From: a bacterium
GTDB lineage: Bacteria; Bacillota; Clostridia; Christensenellales; Aristaeellaceae
NCBI GenBank assembly: GCA_963618055.1
Contig: CAVERI010000006.1
Span: 431-64,430, forward strand
DNA: 64,000 nt
Direction: 5' to 3'
Made by a program: the position numbers and the translations under genes. The notes under the pieces are model-generated. The model had not been told where the DNA came from and ran no database searches. It saw only the letters and a program-made list of their open reading frames with translations. Each line of letters starts with the position of its first letter. The stretch's first letter is position 1. Below, piece by piece: positions 61,250-64,000 of this stretch.

Positions 61250-62155
61250 ATGGATTGCTCGATCATTTTTGACAACGCGCAGACGCTCAACAAATTCATG
61301 ACCAACGAGAGGATTCTCTACCGCGTGAACGACCTGACGCTGGAGCTTCTGTGGACGGCGTTCCCGGATGAAAACGAGAAGAGCCTTCCGCGCGCGGAGG
61401 GGCAGCGCCCCATGAAGAGCCACAGCCATTCCTTCTGCGAAACGCACCTGTGCACGCAGGGCACGGTAATTTACCGCTTCGCGGACGGCTGCGATTACAT
61501 TGTAAACGCGGGCGACACCATCTTCATCCGCGAAAATGTGGAGCACGAGCTGGTATATACCAGTCAGGACGCGCTGAAGATTTCGATGGCGTACCGGCTG
61601 ATGGAGAACCAGTCGCTGTATAACCGCCCGGACAAGAGGCAGCTTTTAGACGTGCTTGTGATTCCGCAGGCGGAGCATATCTTTGAATTGTATCAGCTTC
61701 TGAGCGAGGAGCTTCAGGCGCTGCGGCTGGGCTATAAGGAAATGATCGGCTCCCTTCTGTTTCAGATTACCATGGAATACGAGCGCCAGATCAGCGCCGC
61801 GCCCAGCGAGGACTCGGTGATTCAGCGCATCGACCGGCGCGCCGACGAGATTGAGAATTATATCAGCGCCAATCTTTCCACTAATATCACGACCATGGAC
61901 GTTGCCCGCGTGCTCCACCTGAGCAAGCGGCAGATAAACCGCATTGTATTCAAGGAATTTGGCACCTCCTGCGGCGGGCTGATCAAGCAGCTCAAGCACA
62001 AGAAGGCGCAGGAATATCTGCTTTATTCGGACAAGAGCGTGCAGGACATTGCCGCCACGCTCGGCTACGGCAGCGTGTACAGCTTCAGCAAGTTTTTCAA
62101 AAGTCAGGAGGGCATGCCGCCTGCGCTTTTCCGGCGCTCCCATTATTCCTATTAA
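61250..62155 (+). CDS. AraC-family transcriptional regulator (cupin + HTH)
   Basis: Promoter TTGAAA (61177-61182), 17 nt, TATATT (61200-61205). The C-terminal HTH is TTMDVARVLHLSKRQINRIVFKEFG...GYGSVYSFSKFFKSQEGMPPALFRR. Confidence 0.85.
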   Translation: MDCSIIFDNAQTLNKFMTNERILYRVNDLTLELLWTAFPDENEKSLPRAEGQRPMKSHSHSFCETHLCTQGTVIYRFADGCDYIVNAGDTIFIRENVEHELVYTSQDALKISMAYRLMENQSLYNRPDKRQLLDVLVIPQAEHIFELYQLLSEELQALRLGYKEMIGSLLFQITMEYERQISAAPSEDSVIQRIDRRADEIENYISANLSTNITTMDVARVLHLSKRQINRIVFKEFGTSCGGLIKQLKHKKAQEYLLYSDKSVQDIAATLGYGSVYSFSKFFKSQEGMPPALFRRSHYSY

Positions 62156-62210
62156 ATAAAAACGCGCACGCGGCGCTGAAATATTGAACAGACAGGGGAT
62201 CGGCTATAGC

Positions 62211-63128
62211 ATGGAGACAATTGCAAGGGGCATCTATCCGGTTATGATCACACCGTTCACGGCGGACAACCATGTGGACTGGGAGGCCGTGGATTCGATC
62301 GTCGAGTTCTACGCAAGACTTGGCTGCAGCGGCATATTTGCCGTCTGCCAGTCCAGCGAAATGTTCTTTCTGACGGAGGACGAGCGCGTGCGGCTGGCCG
62401 CGCGCGTGGTGAAGGCATCCGCCGGGCGGATGTGCGTGGTTGCGTCCGGGCATATCTCGAATTCGATGGAGGATCAGATTCGCGAACTGCGCCGCGTGGC
62501 CGACACGGGCGTGAACGCCGTCGTGATGATTTCAAACCGCCTTGCCGCGAAGGACGAGAGCGACGAGGTGCTGATTGCCAACATGCACAGGATTCTGGAC
62601 GCGGTTCCGGACGTGCCCTTCGGCATGTACGAATGTCCCTGTCCCTATAATCGCCTGCTTACGCCGAGGGTACTGGAGGAGATGGCGGAGACCGGCCGCT
62701 TTCATTTCATCAAGGATACCTGCTGCGACGCGAAGCGGATCGCGGAGCGCGTGCGCCTGCTGAACGGCCGCATTCAACTGTTCAACGCCAACTGCGCTAC
62801 GTTCCTCGAAACGCTGAAGGACGGCGCGGACGGCTTCAGCGGCATCATGGCCAACTATCATCCCGACCTGCTGGTGTGGCTGTATCAGAATTACCAGAAG
62901 CAGCCGGAGAAGGCGCGGCAGCTGTCGTCCATGCTGTCCGTCATGTCGCTGGTGGAGGGCTGCGGTCATCCCGCGGCGGTCAAGTATCACATGAATCTGG
63001 TCGGCATTCCCATGGAGCTGAAGTGCCGCACCATCGACGCGGACGTTCGCTTCGGCCCGCTCGACCGGCACGCCATTGACGATCTTCTGGTGATGGAGGG
63101 GGTCGTGCGCGAATGGCTGAAGCACTAA
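62211..63128 (+). CDS. DapA-family class I aldolase (dihydrodipicolinate synthase/N-acetylneuraminate lyase superfamily), specificity unknown
   Basis: GIYPVMITPF..., CQSSEMFFLTEDER, and Schiff-base lysine context HFIKDTCCD. The start is taken at ATG 62211; the ORF begins at 62184 with TTG. Confidence 0.8.
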   Translation: METIARGIYPVMITPFTADNHVDWEAVDSIVEFYARLGCSGIFAVCQSSEMFFLTEDERVRLAARVVKASAGRMCVVASGHISNSMEDQIRELRRVADTGVNAVVMISNRLAAKDESDEVLIANMHRILDAVPDVPFGMYECPCPYNRLLTPRVLEEMAETGRFHFIKDTCCDAKRIAERVRLLNGRIQLFNANCATFLETLKDGADGFSGIMANYHPDLLVWLYQNYQKQPEKARQLSSMLSVMSLVEGCGHPAAVKYHMNLVGIPMELKCRTIDADVRFGPLDRHAIDDLLVMEGVVREWLKH

Positions 63129-63949
63129 AAAGAGACTCTGGTCTGTTTTGCGGCGTGCTGCTGGCGAGCGACTACGACGGCACGCTCGTGCCGGATACAA
63201 AGGTCGTCACCTCCGGCGTAAGGAAGGCCTTGCGGTTCTTTGAGGAAAACGGCGGGCGCTTCACGGTGTGCACGGGGCGGTGCTATCTGGGCTTTCATTC
63301 GTATTCCCGCGACATCATCAACGCGCCCGTGCTGCTGGCCAACGGCGGCATGGCGTATGACTATGAGAGGGCGGCCGTGGCGGTGGACAATGGTATCGGC
63401 GACGAGGGCATCGAGCCGCTGCGCGCCGTGGCGGCGCGGTTCCCGGACGTGACGATTGAGCTTTATCCGCTTGAGAAGTCGTATGCCATCCACCTGCTTC
63501 CAAAGTCCGAGCACCACTTTACCAGCCAGTCCATTCCCTTCGAAACGATTGACGACCCGTCGCAGGCGCCGCGCACGTGGGCGAAGGTGATGATCGGCGG
63601 CGCGCCCGAGCGCGTCGGCGAGGTGCAGGCCTTCCTGCGCGGGTACCCTGAAATTTCATTTCTTCCTACCACCGGCGGCTTCCTTGAGGTGCTGCGCCGA
63701 GGGGTGGATAAGGGCACTGCGCTTCTGCAGCTGGCGGACGCGCTGGGCGTTCGTCACGAGGATACCTATGCCGTCGGCGACGGCTATAACGACGTGGAGA
63801 TGCTTCGCGCCGCGGCGGCGGGCTTCGTGCCCGCGAACGGCGACGAGTACGCTATGGCGTGCGCCGACTACGTGGTGCGCTCTAACGAGGAGGATGCGGT
63901 TGCGCACGTGGTGGAGATTCTGACGGAGCTGTACCGCGCGCGCCGCTGA
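63113..63949 (+). CDS. Cof-type HAD-IIB family phosphatase/hydrolase
   Basis: Motif I LLASDYDGTL, TVCTGR, and motif IV VGDGYNDVEML. It overlaps the aldolase gene end by 16 nt. Confidence 0.85.
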   Translation: MAEALKRDSGLFCGVLLASDYDGTLVPDTKVVTSGVRKALRFFEENGGRFTVCTGRCYLGFHSYSRDIINAPVLLANGGMAYDYERAAVAVDNGIGDEGIEPLRAVAARFPDVTIELYPLEKSYAIHLLPKSEHHFTSQSIPFETIDDPSQAPRTWAKVMIGGAPERVGEVQAFLRGYPEISFLPTTGGFLEVLRRGVDKGTALLQLADALGVRHEDTYAVGDGYNDVEMLRAAAAGFVPANGDEYAMACADYVVRSNEEDAVAHVVEILTELYRARR

Positions 63950-64000
63950 CGCGCGGGAGAGATTGCCGTCAGGACGGGATAACGGCTGTGTCAAATTTGC

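Noticed and set aside
1-64000. A scan for CRISPR arrays, rRNA genes, IS elements, integrases, prophage genes, restriction-modification or other recognisable defence modules.
   Set aside because: None were found by eye. The only substantial nucleotide repeats are the 626-bp paralog tract, the yugP 3-prime duplication and the in-gene heptad repeats. The only RNA gene recognised is tRNA-Arg. No copy of the tRNA 3-prime end was noticed downstream that would indicate an integrated element, but a computational repeat search would be needed to exclude short att sites.

Overview
This is a high-G+C chromosomal segment (sampled lines about 60-70% G+C) with a Gram-positive, spore-former-like gene set: a SpoIIE-type phosphatase, the pta-ackA-yceD-rpmF cluster and strong GGAGG ribosome-binding sites. 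It most likely comes from a high-GC member of the Clostridia, but I could not run any search, so all product calls rest on motifs I recognise in the translated ORFs. I call about 60 genes. They include an HdeD-like/MMPL/secreted heptad-repeat operon, one tRNA-Arg(ACG), and two tandem paralogous 560-aa genes. There is also an M29 aminopeptidase, a BceRS-like two-component system, and a sialoglycan locus (AraC, ABC importer, RpiR, leaderless GH33 sialidase, NanA-like lyase). Further along are a cell-wall cluster (YugP, CE4 deacetylase, VanY), a GH32 plus FucI-like pair, YfhO, MarR-MATE, and a LytTR regulator with a membrane-less GHKL kinase next to a heterodimeric ABC exporter. The window ends with a low-GC ABC/FtsX island, an eight-gene aromatic amino-acid operon, and AzlCD. 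The most interesting signals are these. (1) A Phe/Tyr-rich leader peptide with a terminator looks like a ribosome-mediated attenuator in front of the aro operon. (2) A roughly 3.1-kb low-GC island begins exactly at a stop codon next to a truncated host gene remnant, and it carries a permease gene split at an A7 tract. (3) A 626-bp near-identical tract is shared by the two tandem paralogs, consistent with gene conversion. (4) The MMPL operon is translationally coupled to a secreted coiled-coil protein. I saw no CRISPR array, transposase, integrase or recognisable defence genes. The many long Arg/Ala/Gly-rich ORFs lying antisense to real genes are high-GC artefacts.
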